Assembly: GCA_039680575.1 (NCBI GenBank)
Contig: JBDKSP010000071.1
Span: 44,604 to 108,603, forward strand
Length of the DNA stretch: 64,000 nt
Direction of reading: 5' to 3'
DNA from: Armatimonadota bacterium
Lineage (GTDB): Bacteria > Armatimonadota > UBA5829 > DTLH01
Shown here: piece by piece, positions 30,189 to 39,801 of the stretch
How the letters are laid out: the number at the start of each line of letters is the position of its first letter
Position numbering within the stretch: the first letter of the stretch is position 1
The notes under the pieces: generated by a model
The model's input: the letters and a program-made list of their open reading frames with translations, nothing else
What the model was told of the DNA's origin: nothing
Database searches by the model: none
Translations under genes and position numbers: made by a program

Positions 30189-31373
30189 ATGAACAAGAAG
30201 ACCATCAAGGATATCGACGTAGCCGGGAAACGAACGCTGGTCCGTGTGGACTTCAACGTTCCCCTCGACGAAAACCGCAACATCACAGACGACCGCCGAA
30301 TTGCAGCCGCACTGCCGACTATCAAGTACCTTCTTGACAAAGAGGCAAAGGTTATCCTTATGTCGCACCTGGGCAGGCCCAAAGGCAGCCCGAATTCCAA
30401 GTATACTCTCACCCCCGTTGCCGCACGGCTGGAAGACCTTCTCCAGATGCCGGTGACGAAGATGGGAGACTCTATCGGCGAGATGGTGCAGGGCGCAGTG
30501 ATGGGCATGCCCGCCGGACGCGTCGTAATGCTCGAAAACATGCGGTTCTACGCAGAAGAAGAGAAAAACGACCTGGATTTTGCCAAACAACTTGCGTCGC
30601 TCGGCGAAATCTACGTAAATGATGCGTTCGGAACAGCTCACAGGGCGCATGCATCGACCGAAGGAGTCACCAAGTTCCTACCGGGAGTTGCCGGGTTCCT
30701 GATGGAGAAGGAACTCGATTATCTCGGCAAGGCAATCAGCAACCCCGAAAGACCGTTCCTCGCTATTTTAGGGGGCGCGAAGGTTGCCGATAAGATTCCG
30801 GTTATCGAACACCTGCTCACAAAGGTAGACGAACTCATCATCTGCGGCGGGATGGCGTATACATTCTTTAAGGCGATGGGCTACGAGATCGGCCATTCGC
30901 TGCTTGACGAAGCAGGTATAGAACTTGCAAAGAACACGATGAAAAAAGCCGAGGAAATGGGCGTGAAGCTCTATCTGCCCCAGGATGTCATTGTGGCTAC
31001 GGAGTTCAAGGAAGATGCCGAGAGTAAACCTGTCCCTGTCGATCAAATTCCATCTGACTGGATGGGGATGGACATCGGGCCGAAAACAACGGAAATATTC
31101 AAGAACGTAATTAAAGGCGCTAAAACGGTTGTGTGGAACGGACCTCCGGGAGTCTTTGAGATGCCCAGGTTCGCGGTCGGCACGAGGGCGATAGCCCAGG
31201 CGATGGCGGATTCCAGCGCAACGACGATTGTGGGTGGAGGAGATTCCGCTGCAGCCGTCGAGCAGATGGGGTTTGCCGACAAGATGAGTCATGTGTCGAC
31301 CGGAGGAGGAGCATCCCTGGAATTCCTTGAGGGCAAGACTCTCCCCGGCGTCGCAGCGCTTCAGGATAAATAG
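30189..31373 (+). CDS. pgk: Phosphoglycerate kinase
   Basis: [40 protein letters not shown]. Confidence 0.99.
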   Translation: MNKKTIKDIDVAGKRTLVRVDFNVPLDENRNITDDRRIAAALPTIKYLLDKEAKVILMSHLGRPKGSPNSKYTLTPVAARLEDLLQMPVTKMGDSIGEMVQGAVMGMPAGRVVMLENMRFYAEEEKNDLDFAKQLASLGEIYVNDAFGTAHRAHASTEGVTKFLPGVAGFLMEKELDYLGKAISNPERPFLAILGGAKVADKIPVIEHLLTKVDELIICGGMAYTFFKAMGYEIGHSLLDEAGIELAKNTMKKAEEMGVKLYLPQDVIVATEFKEDAESKPVPVDQIPSDWMGMDIGPKTTEIFKNVIKGAKTVVWNGPPGVFEMPRFAVGTRAIAQAMADSSATTIVGGGDSAAAVEQMGFADKMSHVSTGGGASLEFLEGKTLPGVAALQDK

Positions 31374-31442
31374 CTGGGAAGCTTTCAGCAATATAGGCCG
31401 GAGTGTCCCATTCCGGCCTATAACTAATATTTGAGGAACCAT

Positions 31443-31685
31443 ATGCAAGAGCCGGAATGGGACAGGATGTCTGAGAAAGCCAAACGAAAGTATATCGAAG
31501 TGCTTAGAGGCATTCCCATCGGCAGAAGGCTCGAAATTACTGCTGAGTTGAGCCAGGCTGTTCGAGACCTTATGGCTGTGGGTATCCGTGCGAAGAATCC
31601 TGACATAACAGATGAAGAATTGCGCAGAGAGATCATTCGGCGTACATTACCGGCTGATTTAGTTAAGAAGGTTTACGGCTGGTAA
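31443..31685 (+). CDS. Small hypothetical protein, partner of the downstream nucleotidyltransferase
   Basis: GAGGA RBS, 80 aa, helical and basic, 11 nt from the next gene. Confidence 0.7.
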   Translation: MQEPEWDRMSEKAKRKYIEVLRGIPIGRRLEITAELSQAVRDLMAVGIRAKNPDITDEELRREIIRRTLPADLVKKVYGW

Positions 31686-31696
31686 AAGGAACTGAG

Positions 31697-32251
31697 TTGG
31701 AAACTTATTCAGAAGTGGTTCAGAGAGTTCTTCTCTTGCTGGATAAAGCAGGGATTCCGTATATGGTTGTGGGGTCTTTTGCCGCGTCTGTTTATGGAAT
31801 ATCTCGCGCCACACATGATCTGGATATAGTTATTGCACTCAAGCCGGATGCCATACAAACCCTCGCCAATGCTTTTGGAGAGGATTTCTATTTCGATGAA
31901 GAATCTGCAAAGTCGGCAGTTGCCCACTCGGATATGTTCAACATTTTCCACCTTGAGAGTGGGTTGAAGATCGACTTTTGGATACTTCAGGATGATGAGT
32001 TCAATCGAACCCAGTTTGACCGCAGGATTCCAACAAAGGCGTGGGGGACTGAAAGCTATGTGGCTTCCCCGGAGGATACTATCTTATCGAAGCTGCTGTG
32101 GTATAAGATAACACCATCTGACCGGCAGTTGGCCGATGTAAGAGCGATTCTCACCGTTCAACGCGACACATTGGATTACGATTACTTGCGGCATTGGGGT
32201 ACCGCTCTTGATATAGAAGAATTACTTAACTCGCTTATTGAGGAGAAATGA
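31697..32251 (+). CDS. Nucleotidyltransferase (DUF6036-like / MNT-type)
   Basis: IPYMVVGSFA...RATHDLDIV (GS..DxD), KIDF, SPEDTILSKL, LDYDYL. Confidence 0.8.
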   Translation: METYSEVVQRVLLLLDKAGIPYMVVGSFAASVYGISRATHDLDIVIALKPDAIQTLANAFGEDFYFDEESAKSAVAHSDMFNIFHLESGLKIDFWILQDDEFNRTQFDRRIPTKAWGTESYVASPEDTILSKLLWYKITPSDRQLADVRAILTVQRDTLDYDYLRHWGTALDIEELLNSLIEEK

Positions 32252-33052
32252 ATGGCTAGAACACCAATAATTGCAGGAAACTGGAAGATGCACAAGACCG
32301 TCCTTGAGGGGGTCGAGCTGGTAAACGCGCTTGCGAGCGCCAATGAAGACGTCAAAGGCGTCGAGATCGTCGTTTGCCCGCCGTTTACAGCCCTCTGGCC
32401 GGTAAAACAGGCGATTGCCGACACCAACGTAGAGCTTGGCGCTCAGAATATATTCTGGGAGACAAAAGGCGCGTGGACAAGCGAAATCGCGCCGGGGATG
32501 CTTACGGACGTAGGGTGCAAATACGCTATTATCGGTCACTCGGAGACACGCGGCCGGTTCGGAACGGTCGATGAAGAGCTGACTAAAGTGCTCGGTTACT
32601 TCTCTGAGACCGATGCGACGATCAACAAGAAGGTAAAAGCTGCCTTTGCGGCAGGTCTCACCCCTATCATCTGCTGCGGCGAGATGCTGGACGAGCGAAA
32701 AGCCGGTAAGACGGATGAAGTAATAGCCGCGCAGATCAAGGCAGACATCGCTGGGCTCACTACTGAGCAGGTAAAGACTCTCGTGATAGCTTACGAGCCG
32801 GTCTGGGCGATCGGGACAGGCGAAGTCTGCGATTCCACAGAGGCTAACAGAGTCTGCGGAATGATCAGAGGCGTTGTAAAAGAGATGTACGGCGCCGAAG
32901 ATGCTGATTCAGTCAGAATCCAGTACGGCGGCAGCGTGAAGCCGAGCAACGCGGCTGAACTCCTGCACATGTCCGACATCGACGGCGCACTGGTCGGCGG
33001 AGCAGCCCTGAAATCAGAAGACTTCACCGCGATCATCAAAGCTGCGTTGTAA
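32252..33052 (+). CDS. tpiA: Triosephosphate isomerase
   Basis: AGNWKM, GHSE, AYEPVWAIGTG, YGGSVKP, DGALVGGA. Confidence 0.98.
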   Translation: MARTPIIAGNWKMHKTVLEGVELVNALASANEDVKGVEIVVCPPFTALWPVKQAIADTNVELGAQNIFWETKGAWTSEIAPGMLTDVGCKYAIIGHSETRGRFGTVDEELTKVLGYFSETDATINKKVKAAFAAGLTPIICCGEMLDERKAGKTDEVIAAQIKADIAGLTTEQVKTLVIAYEPVWAIGTGEVCDSTEANRVCGMIRGVVKEMYGAEDADSVRIQYGGSVKPSNAAELLHMSDIDGALVGGAALKSEDFTAIIKAAL

Positions 33053-33120
33053 AAAACTTCCGAAACACGGATTTCGCGGATGGTGGAGACCTAAAGTATC
33101 TACAATAAGACCCTCAAGTC

Positions 33121-33230
33121 TCCACCAATCCCTTCTATGCTTCGGGATCACTTTTCATCCCGAAGCACGGCATCCACCAATTCCATTTTCGCGTCTTTTG
33201 CGCTTCTTCGCGCATTTCGTGATTCAGAAT
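33121..33230 (-). repeat. Intergenic repeat family A, copy 2
   Basis: Reverse complement of 33157-33230 matches 38674-38747 with one mismatch. Confidence 0.9.
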
Positions 33231-33346
33231 GCTTCGGACTGCTTATTCTTGCATCATCTGATGTTTCAGTTGTGAATACGACTGAAATTCTCCCGGAAGA
33301 TCCAGAATCCAGGATGAAAATGGACTCTGTGCTTGCCGGAGAATTC

Positions 33347-33973
33347 TTATTTGCAGATTCCTTTTGCCACCAGAATCCCGAAAATGCCGTCGCGGATGTA
33401 GACAATGGCGATTGCGGCGAGGAGGATTCCCATTATCCGCGCGATTACGTCCGATCCGGTGACGCCGAGGATTTTATATATCAGCGTAGTAGCCCTGAGC
33501 ACCACCCATGTCAGAAAAAAGGCTATCGCGACAGCAAGGGAAGCAAGAATAATACCCTGAGTCCCGACCAGGACTACCGCGGCTGTAATGGAGCCGGGAC
33601 CGACAAGGAGCGGCGACGCTATCGGCACTACACCCATGCCTATCCCGCCGTCGAGCGCCGGTTCGGAGGACATCCGCCCGTGAATGACGATGTTGAGCGC
33701 CATTACCAGAAGAAGCAGCCCGCCCGCGATCTGCAGGTCATATAGCTCTATCCCGAAAAGCCTGAGTATGGCGGTCCCGCTGAATGTGAAGACGAGCAGC
33801 ATCGCGAACGCTATCAGCACTGCCCTGGTCAGCATACGCTGGCGCTGCTTGGTGGTCATCTGGTGGGTTACGCCGACTACAAGCGGAAGCAGCCCGAATG
33901 GGTCCAGAACGATGAGAAGCGCCATTGTGGACTGTATGAGTATCAGCACCCACTTGATTATGTCATGGTTCAT
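33347..33973 (-). CDS. MarC family membrane protein
   Basis: LDPFG, IAGGLLL, VPIASPLLVGPGSI, RIMGILLAAIA. Confidence 0.92.
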   Translation of the reverse strand: MNHDIIKWVLILIQSTMALLIVLDPFGLLPLVVGVTHQMTTKQRQRMLTRAVLIAFAMLLVFTFSGTAILRLFGIELYDLQIAGGLLLLVMALNIVIHGRMSSEPALDGGIGMGVVPIASPLLVGPGSITAAVVLVGTQGIILASLAVAIAFFLTWVVLRATTLIYKILGVTGSDVIARIMGILLAAIAIVYIRDGIFGILVAKGICK

Positions 33974-34183
33974 TGTCCGCTGCCTCGTTCAATCGTTCCT
34001 GCCGCCGAAAAACCGTAATAGACCTTATCAAAACCGGTTATCGACAGGTAATGCCCGAATTTCCGGCTGCAATACTCGTACATGCTTGTTCCTCCAGTAA
34101 CACAACGTTGTGTACACCTCTATTATACAAGGCAAACGGCCGATGTGTCACTTCCGGGGACGGGGGATGGCGTCCCTCATAGC

Positions 34184-35551
34184 TCATTCCTTTTCTCTTT
34201 TGTTTTCTTCAGGAGGGATAAATCCGAACTCGCGGATCTTGCTGCGGAGCGTTTTGCGGTCGATTTCGAGGATGCTTGCGGCGGATGAACGGTTCCAATT
34301 GCATGCGATCAACACTTTTTTGATGTGATCGCGCTCGATTTCCCTTAACGATTTCATAGCGGCCGGTTGTTTCCGTTTAGCGAGCGATTTACTGCCGTTT
34401 ATTGCGAGGTGGGACGGCTGGATGCAGTCGCCGTCGCAAAGGATAACGGACCGCTCGATGCAGTTGCGGAACTCCCGGATATTTCCAGTCCACTCGCATG
34501 AGAGCATCAGGTCAAGGGAAGCGCCGGAGATCGATGAAATGTGCTTGCCGGTCTCGGCAGCGTATTTCTTGATGAAATAATCGGCTAAAAGAGGGATGTC
34601 TTCGTGTCTGTCCCTCAGTGGAGGCAGCGTAATGACGGTGCTGCGCAAAACCTGGTAAAGATCGTCGTCAAAATTGCCAGATTCGACTGCGGCTGCAAGG
34701 TTCGTGCTTGTAGATGCAATGATCCTCACATTGGAATCTACCACGGCAGTCCCTCCGATGCGCGAGAACTGTCCGTCCCTCAGCATCCTGTTAAGCACCG
34801 ACTGGGTGCTCAGGCTTGTATTTGCGATCTCATCGAGAAAGATCGTCCCGCCGGAAGCCAGATCCACCTGCCCGATTCCGTGGTCGACCCCCTTTGAAAA
34901 CTTGCCGTCCTCGATGCCGAAAAGCATAGCGTCGAGAGCCGGGGCTGTGGCGCTGCCGCAGTCGATCCTTACGAACCGTCTGCTGGCCCGCTTGCTGCGG
35001 CGGTGTATGGACCTGGCAAGGCATTCCTTACCGGTCCCGTATTCGCCTGAGACGAGGATGTGTTTATCAGTTGCGGCAATTTTCAGAGCAAGAGCAATTG
35101 CCTGCTTGAAATCCTGGCACATTCCGGCGGTATGGTGGAGGTCGAAATGATGTTCCATCTCGCCGAAAAGGTGTTTGAGCTGTCTCGTCTTCCAGCATTC
35201 TTCCAGGATGCGGTCTACTCTTACCCTTACCTCGTCGCTGTTCCAGGGTTTTACCAGGTAGTCCGATACTCCGAGCTTCAATGCATCGAAAGCGCTCGAT
35301 ATGGAGCCTGCATCTACGGTTACGAGTATCGCAAGGTCGGGACATTCCTCTCTTATCGCGCGGATCGCTTTGATGCCGGCGGCTTTCTGCTCCAGTCCCA
35401 ATATGACGAGATCGTACGGCATGGAGCAGGCGCAGGAGGCGGCCTTTTTACTATCTTTCACATCAGTAATATTGTGAGCCATAATTTCAAGAAGTTGTCT
35501 CAATTCAGCTCTGCTGTCAAGGTCGTCTTCTGCAATGAGTATTTTAGCCAT
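34184..35551 (-). CDS. NtrC/AtoC-like REC-AAA+-Fis HTH regulator, degenerate
   Basis: REC-like N-terminus, GEYGTGKE, IFLDEI, WTGNIRE, HTH AASILEIDRKTL. GAFTGA is replaced by GKFSKG. Confidence 0.88.
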   Translation of the reverse strand: MAKILIAEDDLDSRAELRQLLEIMAHNITDVKDSKKAASCACSMPYDLVILGLEQKAAGIKAIRAIREECPDLAILVTVDAGSISSAFDALKLGVSDYLVKPWNSDEVRVRVDRILEECWKTRQLKHLFGEMEHHFDLHHTAGMCQDFKQAIALALKIAATDKHILVSGEYGTGKECLARSIHRRSKRASRRFVRIDCGSATAPALDAMLFGIEDGKFSKGVDHGIGQVDLASGGTIFLDEIANTSLSTQSVLNRMLRDGQFSRIGGTAVVDSNVRIIASTSTNLAAAVESGNFDDDLYQVLRSTVITLPPLRDRHEDIPLLADYFIKKYAAETGKHISSISGASLDLMLSCEWTGNIREFRNCIERSVILCDGDCIQPSHLAINGSKSLAKRKQPAAMKSLREIERDHIKKVLIACNWNRSSAASILEIDRKTLRSKIREFGFIPPEENKREKE

Positions 35552-35865
35552 AGTCTCGTCCGTATATAACGATGCCCCTAACCGGGCGTAGTGAACTTGC
35601 GGTTGTTCTTGTTGCTCGGAGTTATCTTATGAGTCGGTCAGAATAATTTCGGTCTCGTGTGATTATACTAGGCAAGCAGCCTGTCATGCAAGACAGTAAA
35701 GAGTGAAAGTAGGGATATTTCAGCTAAGTTTTCTAGTGCAGTAGTTTACCATTGTACGGGTTCCGTGTACAAAACATAGAGCAATGAATATTTTGGGGAG
35801 CAGATGACAGGGAACGGGGAAGAGAGAGGATTTAGGGTCCGATGGTCGGAGATGTGATGCTTGTA

Positions 35866-35951
35866 TGCACGTATTTTGCGCTGAAGCCAGCCTTTCGAAA
35901 TTGGCGGAAAGTGTGCTTCTCACAGTGGACCGGTGAGTCCACTGGGTGGAG
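35866..35951 (+). repeat. Mosaic of repeat family C plus palindromic module P
   Basis: TGCACGTATTTTGCGCTGAAGCCAGCCTTTCGAAATTGGC resembles the reverse complement of 20282-20320. It is followed by CTCACAGTGGACCGGTGAGTCCACTGGGT. Confidence 0.65.
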
Positions 35952-36009
35952 ACTCGTAGCGTAAGAGCAGATACCGTGTCTCTGCGGTTCAAAAGCTGAC
36001 TGCTAAAAG

Positions 36010-36573
36010 CTATTCCTCGCTTCTGTTATATCGGTTCATCGCGGGCTCCAGCCCTTCAGTGATGATTACCTCGATAGCATCAGCGGCGGTGAGGATGGCT
36101 TCGTGAGCGATCTGGCGTTCTGCCCGGGCGAACCTGGAGAGCACATGGTCTATGGCGTCGCCGCTGGCCGAGCCGATCCCCACCCGCACTCTCGGAAAAT
36201 CATTGGTATGCAGGTGGGAGATAATCGAGCGCATTCCATTGTGACCGCCTGCGCTGCCGCCCGGTCTGATCCTGATCTTCCCCAGGGGCAGCGCCATATC
36301 ATCATAGACTACCAGTATTTCAGAAGGCTCGATCTTTTCCCTGCGTGCGATATTCGAGACTGCCTCACCCGAGAGGTTCATGAATGTCTGGGGTTTCATA
36401 AACGTGACTTCACTCTCCCCGACCTTCGCGCGGGCGATGAGGGCGCGCCCCATCCGGCGCAGGATACGTACATGGAAGCGCTTTGCCAGGACATCCAGCA
36501 CCTCGAACCCTACATTGTGGCGAGTGCCTGCATAGTCCCGTCCGGGATTGCCGAGCCCTACGATTAATTTCAA
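36010..36573 (-). CDS. pth: Peptidyl-tRNA hydrolase
   Basis: LIVGLGNPG..Y..TRHNVGF, KPQTFMNLSG, GGHNG. Confidence 0.98.
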   Translation of the reverse strand: MKLIVGLGNPGRDYAGTRHNVGFEVLDVLAKRFHVRILRRMGRALIARAKVGESEVTFMKPQTFMNLSGEAVSNIARREKIEPSEILVVYDDMALPLGKIRIRPGGSAGGHNGMRSIISHLHTNDFPRVRVGIGSASGDAIDHVLSRFARAERQIAHEAILTAADAIEVIITEGLEPAMNRYNRSEE

Positions 36574-37532
36574 CTCTGCCCTGTCCAGGAGCCCTCGAAC
36601 AACTGGCTTACGGAGGACTCATTGTGAATCCTGCGGATAGCGTCGGCCAGAATCGGCGCAACGGAAAGCACTACCATTTTTCCGGTCTGTTTTTCCTGGG
36701 GAAGCGGTATAGTGTTGGTCGAGATAACCTGTTTGATCGGTGAGGCTTCGAGCTTGGAAATCGCTTCGTCGGAGAATATTCCGTGCGTACAGGCTGCATA
36801 TACCTCTTTTGCGCCCCGCTCGGCAAGCGCTTTCGCACCCGAGACGATGGACCCGCCGGTGTCGATCATATCGTCTATCATGATGCATGACCTGCCGGCT
36901 ATGTCTCCTATGACCTCCATGACCTCGGACCTGTTCGGCTCCGGTCTGCGCTTGACTATAATGGCTATCGGAGTGCCGAGGACTTCAGCCATTGCCCTTG
37001 TCCGCGTTACCCCGCCCACATCAGGTGAAACCACTACCGAATTATTATGGATTGTCACGGTGTTTTTCAGGTAATCGGCTATGATCGGGCCTGCGTAGAG
37101 ATTATCGACCGGCATGTCGAAAAAACCCTGCAACTGTCCGGCATGGAGGTCGAGAGCGAGCAGTCGGTCGGCTCCAGCGGTGTCTATCAGGTTTGCCAGG
37201 AGCTTCGCTGTTATCGGCTGTCTCGGTTTCACCTTCTTGTCCTGCCTGGAATAGCTATAATAAGGCATCACAACGTTGATCCTGCGCGCGCTGGCGCGGC
37301 GGAGCGCGTCCAGGATAATCAGGAGCTCCATTACATTATCGTTTACCGGGCAGCAGCCGGACTGGATAACGAATACATCCTTCCCGCGCACACTTTCGTT
37401 GATCTGCACCCACACTTCGCCGTCTGAGAACCTGCGCAGGGTCATATCGCCCACCGAAATTCCAAGATTAGCTGCTATGTCGCCTGCCAGCTTGGGGTTC
37501 GAGCTGCCGCTGAACAAACGAAGATCATTCAT
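36570..37532 (-). CDS. prs: Ribose-phosphate pyrophosphokinase
   Basis: FSDGE, YSRQDKK, DLHAGQLQGFFD, VSPDVGG, DDMIDTGGS. Confidence 0.98.
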   Translation of the reverse strand: MNDLRLFSGSSNPKLAGDIAANLGISVGDMTLRRFSDGEVWVQINESVRGKDVFVIQSGCCPVNDNVMELLIILDALRRASARRINVVMPYYSYSRQDKKVKPRQPITAKLLANLIDTAGADRLLALDLHAGQLQGFFDMPVDNLYAGPIIADYLKNTVTIHNNSVVVSPDVGGVTRTRAMAEVLGTPIAIIVKRRPEPNRSEVMEVIGDIAGRSCIMIDDMIDTGGSIVSGAKALAERGAKEVYAACTHGIFSDEAISKLEASPIKQVISTNTIPLPQEKQTGKMVVLSVAPILADAIRRIHNESSVSQLFEGSWTGQS

Positions 37533-37533
37533 A

Positions 37534-38538
37534 CTACTTATTCACTTCCTTAATATGATCGAATGGACCGATACACGCGTTATCCGGGACTGCGGCACTT
37601 GTGACTACCGAAGACACGATATGCGCTTCACTTCCGATTGCAGCATCGGTTAGCCTGGTAAACGGACCGATTACGGAACGTTCGCCGATTACAGTGCTTC
37701 CCTCGATGACCGTGCTCGGATATATCACACTGTCCCTGCCGATTTTGACCCCGGCATCGATATATACGGCATCGGGGTCGATAATCGTCACGCCGTCCAG
37801 CATCAGCGCGTCGAGTATTCGGCGCCGCATGATGGATGCGGCATCGGCCAGCTCGATGCGTGTGTTGATTCCGAGCGTATCACGCGGATCGTCCGCTGTC
37901 ACGGCTCCGACTTTGTGGCCTCTGCTCCGCAGGATTTCGATGGTATCGGTCAGATAATACTCACCCTGGGCGTTGTCGGTCCTGAGCTCAGTGAGTGCAG
38001 CTTTCAGCAGCTCGACATCAAAACAGTAGATCGATGTTGCGACCTCGTTTATCGCAAGCACTTCAGGAGATGCGTCACGGGCTTCGACTATCCTCTCGAC
38101 ATTTCCGTCGGGTCCGCGTATGATCCTGCCGTAGTTTGCCGGTTCGTCCAGGAGCGCCGTGAGAAGAGTCGCGGCAGATTTCGATGATTTGTGCGACGTT
38201 ATCAGCTTTTCGATAGCTGATGGAGTTATAAGCGGAGCATCACCTGGGAGAAGGAGCATGTGTGATTTGTCTACCTGAGGCATCGCCTGCATTGCCGCGT
38301 GGCCTGTTCCAAGCTGCGGGGACTGCACGGCATAGAGTACATCACTTCCGATGGCCGCTTTGACCTTTGCGGATTCATAGCCAACGACAACAATGGTCTC
38401 TTCGATACCGGCCGCGCGGCAGGCATCGACAATGTGCCGGGTAACGGGCTTGCCGCAGATAGTATGTACTGCTTTTGGAAGCGCGGATTTCATCCGGGTA
38501 CTTTTACCCGCTGCGAGAATGACGGCGGCAAAGTCCAT
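37534..38538 (-). CDS. glmU: GlmU-like UDP-GlcNAc pyrophosphorylase, C-terminally short (334 aa)
   Basis: ILAAGKSTRMKS..PK, QLGTGHA, YGRIIR, NAQGEYYLTD, GINTR, a few hexapeptide repeats. Canonical glmU-prs position. Confidence 0.85.
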   Translation of the reverse strand: MDFAAVILAAGKSTRMKSALPKAVHTICGKPVTRHIVDACRAAGIEETIVVVGYESAKVKAAIGSDVLYAVQSPQLGTGHAAMQAMPQVDKSHMLLLPGDAPLITPSAIEKLITSHKSSKSAATLLTALLDEPANYGRIIRGPDGNVERIVEARDASPEVLAINEVATSIYCFDVELLKAALTELRTDNAQGEYYLTDTIEILRSRGHKVGAVTADDPRDTLGINTRIELADAASIMRRRILDALMLDGVTIIDPDAVYIDAGVKIGRDSVIYPSTVIEGSTVIGERSVIGPFTRLTDAAIGSEAHIVSSVVTSAAVPDNACIGPFDHIKEVNK

Positions 38539-38673
38539 AAAGCGATAATACCATCCTGATTATAGATATTTTTATGAGGGATACGGCGTAATTATACCGC
38601 TTAGGGAGATCATCCGCAAATTTATTTAGGGATATAGAGGGCGAACGCGTCTTATTTCGAAGCGGTACCAAAG

Positions 38674-38790
38674 ATTCTGAATCGCGAAATGCGCGAAGAA
38701 GCGCAAAAGACGCGAAAATGGAATTGGTGGATGCCGTGCTTCGGGATTCAAAGCATACAAGCATAGGAAAATGACGGGATAGTGGATGCC
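38674..38790 (+). repeat. Intergenic repeat family A, copy 3
   Basis: ATTCTGAATCGCGAAATGCGCGAAGAAGCGCAAAAGACGCGAAAATGGAATTGGTGGATGCCGTGCTTCGGGAT. Confidence 0.9.
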
Positions 38791-38844
38791 GCTAGAAAAG
38801 CGGAAGCTGCCGCATGCGTTAGCTCTAAGGTGGCGGGGAGTGAA

Positions 38845-39801
38845 TCACCCCTGTCCCCGGAGTGCTTTGTCCGTTATCTCCCGCACAAATGACTCTTTGG
38901 CGTCGGTATAGCCTTCGCGGTCGCCCTGGCAGCGCCGGGCAAGGTCACGCTTCAAGTCAACATACCGCGCGGCATCCGCTGGGTGGGTCCGCAGATAATC
39001 GCGAAACGCCAGCCCCTCCCACAACCTGTGGCCTGCGGGCGCCATGTGGATATGGTGAGTGCGTATGCCGGTAACCCTGTCTCTCAGGATGAAGCACATG
39101 TGGTCTTTGTAGTACCAATACTCGTTTTCAGGGCTGTTGAAGGCCGGAACTGCCCGTTTTCTCGCCTCTTCACAGGACGGTATCTCCACCAGAATGTCGA
39201 TGACCGGTTTTGCAGGCATGCCCGGAATGGATGTGCTCCCGTAGTGTTCTATACGCAGCGCAATATCAGACCCGAGAAGGTTTTTGATCCGCTCCTGCAT
39301 CTCGATGTACATCTGCGGCCATGACGGGTTGTAGTCTACGATGTCGATGGCGTCGTCCAATGGAGCGCCGATATAGCCGTTCGATACGATTCGGAATTCG
39401 CGGAGGGCGGGAGCGTCATTGTTCCACTCATCCGGGCATCTTGCGGTAAATTCTCCGCACGGCTTTTCATGAACGGACTGGTCCAGCCATTGCCACGTGA
39501 GCTTTTCCTGCCAGATCACCTCATCTTTCCCGTTCCGCGGCTCCAGGATGCTCCACAGATCGCCGTCTATCTCCCACGCCATAAATCCGGCGGGAATACA
39601 CTCGATCCGGTCCACCTCAACGCCAAGAAAGTGGATGTAGTCTCTGTCGCTCGTGCCGCTCGCATACTGAACCTGTCTGGCGACATTATGGGCATGTTTT
39701 ACTTCGGAAAGCCTGCCGAATGTCTGGATAAGAAACGGTATGGTTTCATCCGGCGAGCCTTTATAGATACCGCCGACCAATCGAAGCCGTGGAGTTTTCA
39801 T
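38845..39801 (-). CDS. GrpB-family (nucleotidyltransferase-fold) protein with N-terminal extension
   Basis: YNPSWP, EHYGSTSIPGMPAKPVIDI, HHIH, FRDYLR, Y..LK..LA, YTDAK. Confidence 0.85.
   Translation of the reverse strand: MKTPRLRLVGGIYKGSPDETIPFLIQTFGRLSEVKHAHNVARQVQYASGTSDRDYIHFLGVEVDRIECIPAGFMAWEIDGDLWSILEPRNGKDEVIWQEKLTWQWLDQSVHEKPCGEFTARCPDEWNNDAPALREFRIVSNGYIGAPLDDAIDIVDYNPSWPQMYIEMQERIKNLLGSDIALRIEHYGSTSIPGMPAKPVIDILVEIPSCEEARKRAVPAFNSPENEYWYYKDHMCFILRDRVTGIRTHHIHMAPAGHRLWEGLAFRDYLRTHPADAARYVDLKRDLARRCQGDREGYTDAKESFVREITDKALRGQG

Noticed and set aside
33137..38764. ORFs 33137-33745 and 38504-38764 sharing SRSTASTNSIFASFALLRAFRDSE as a protein family
   Set aside because: The shared peptide is just repeat family A read in frame. 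Neither ORF has coding support.
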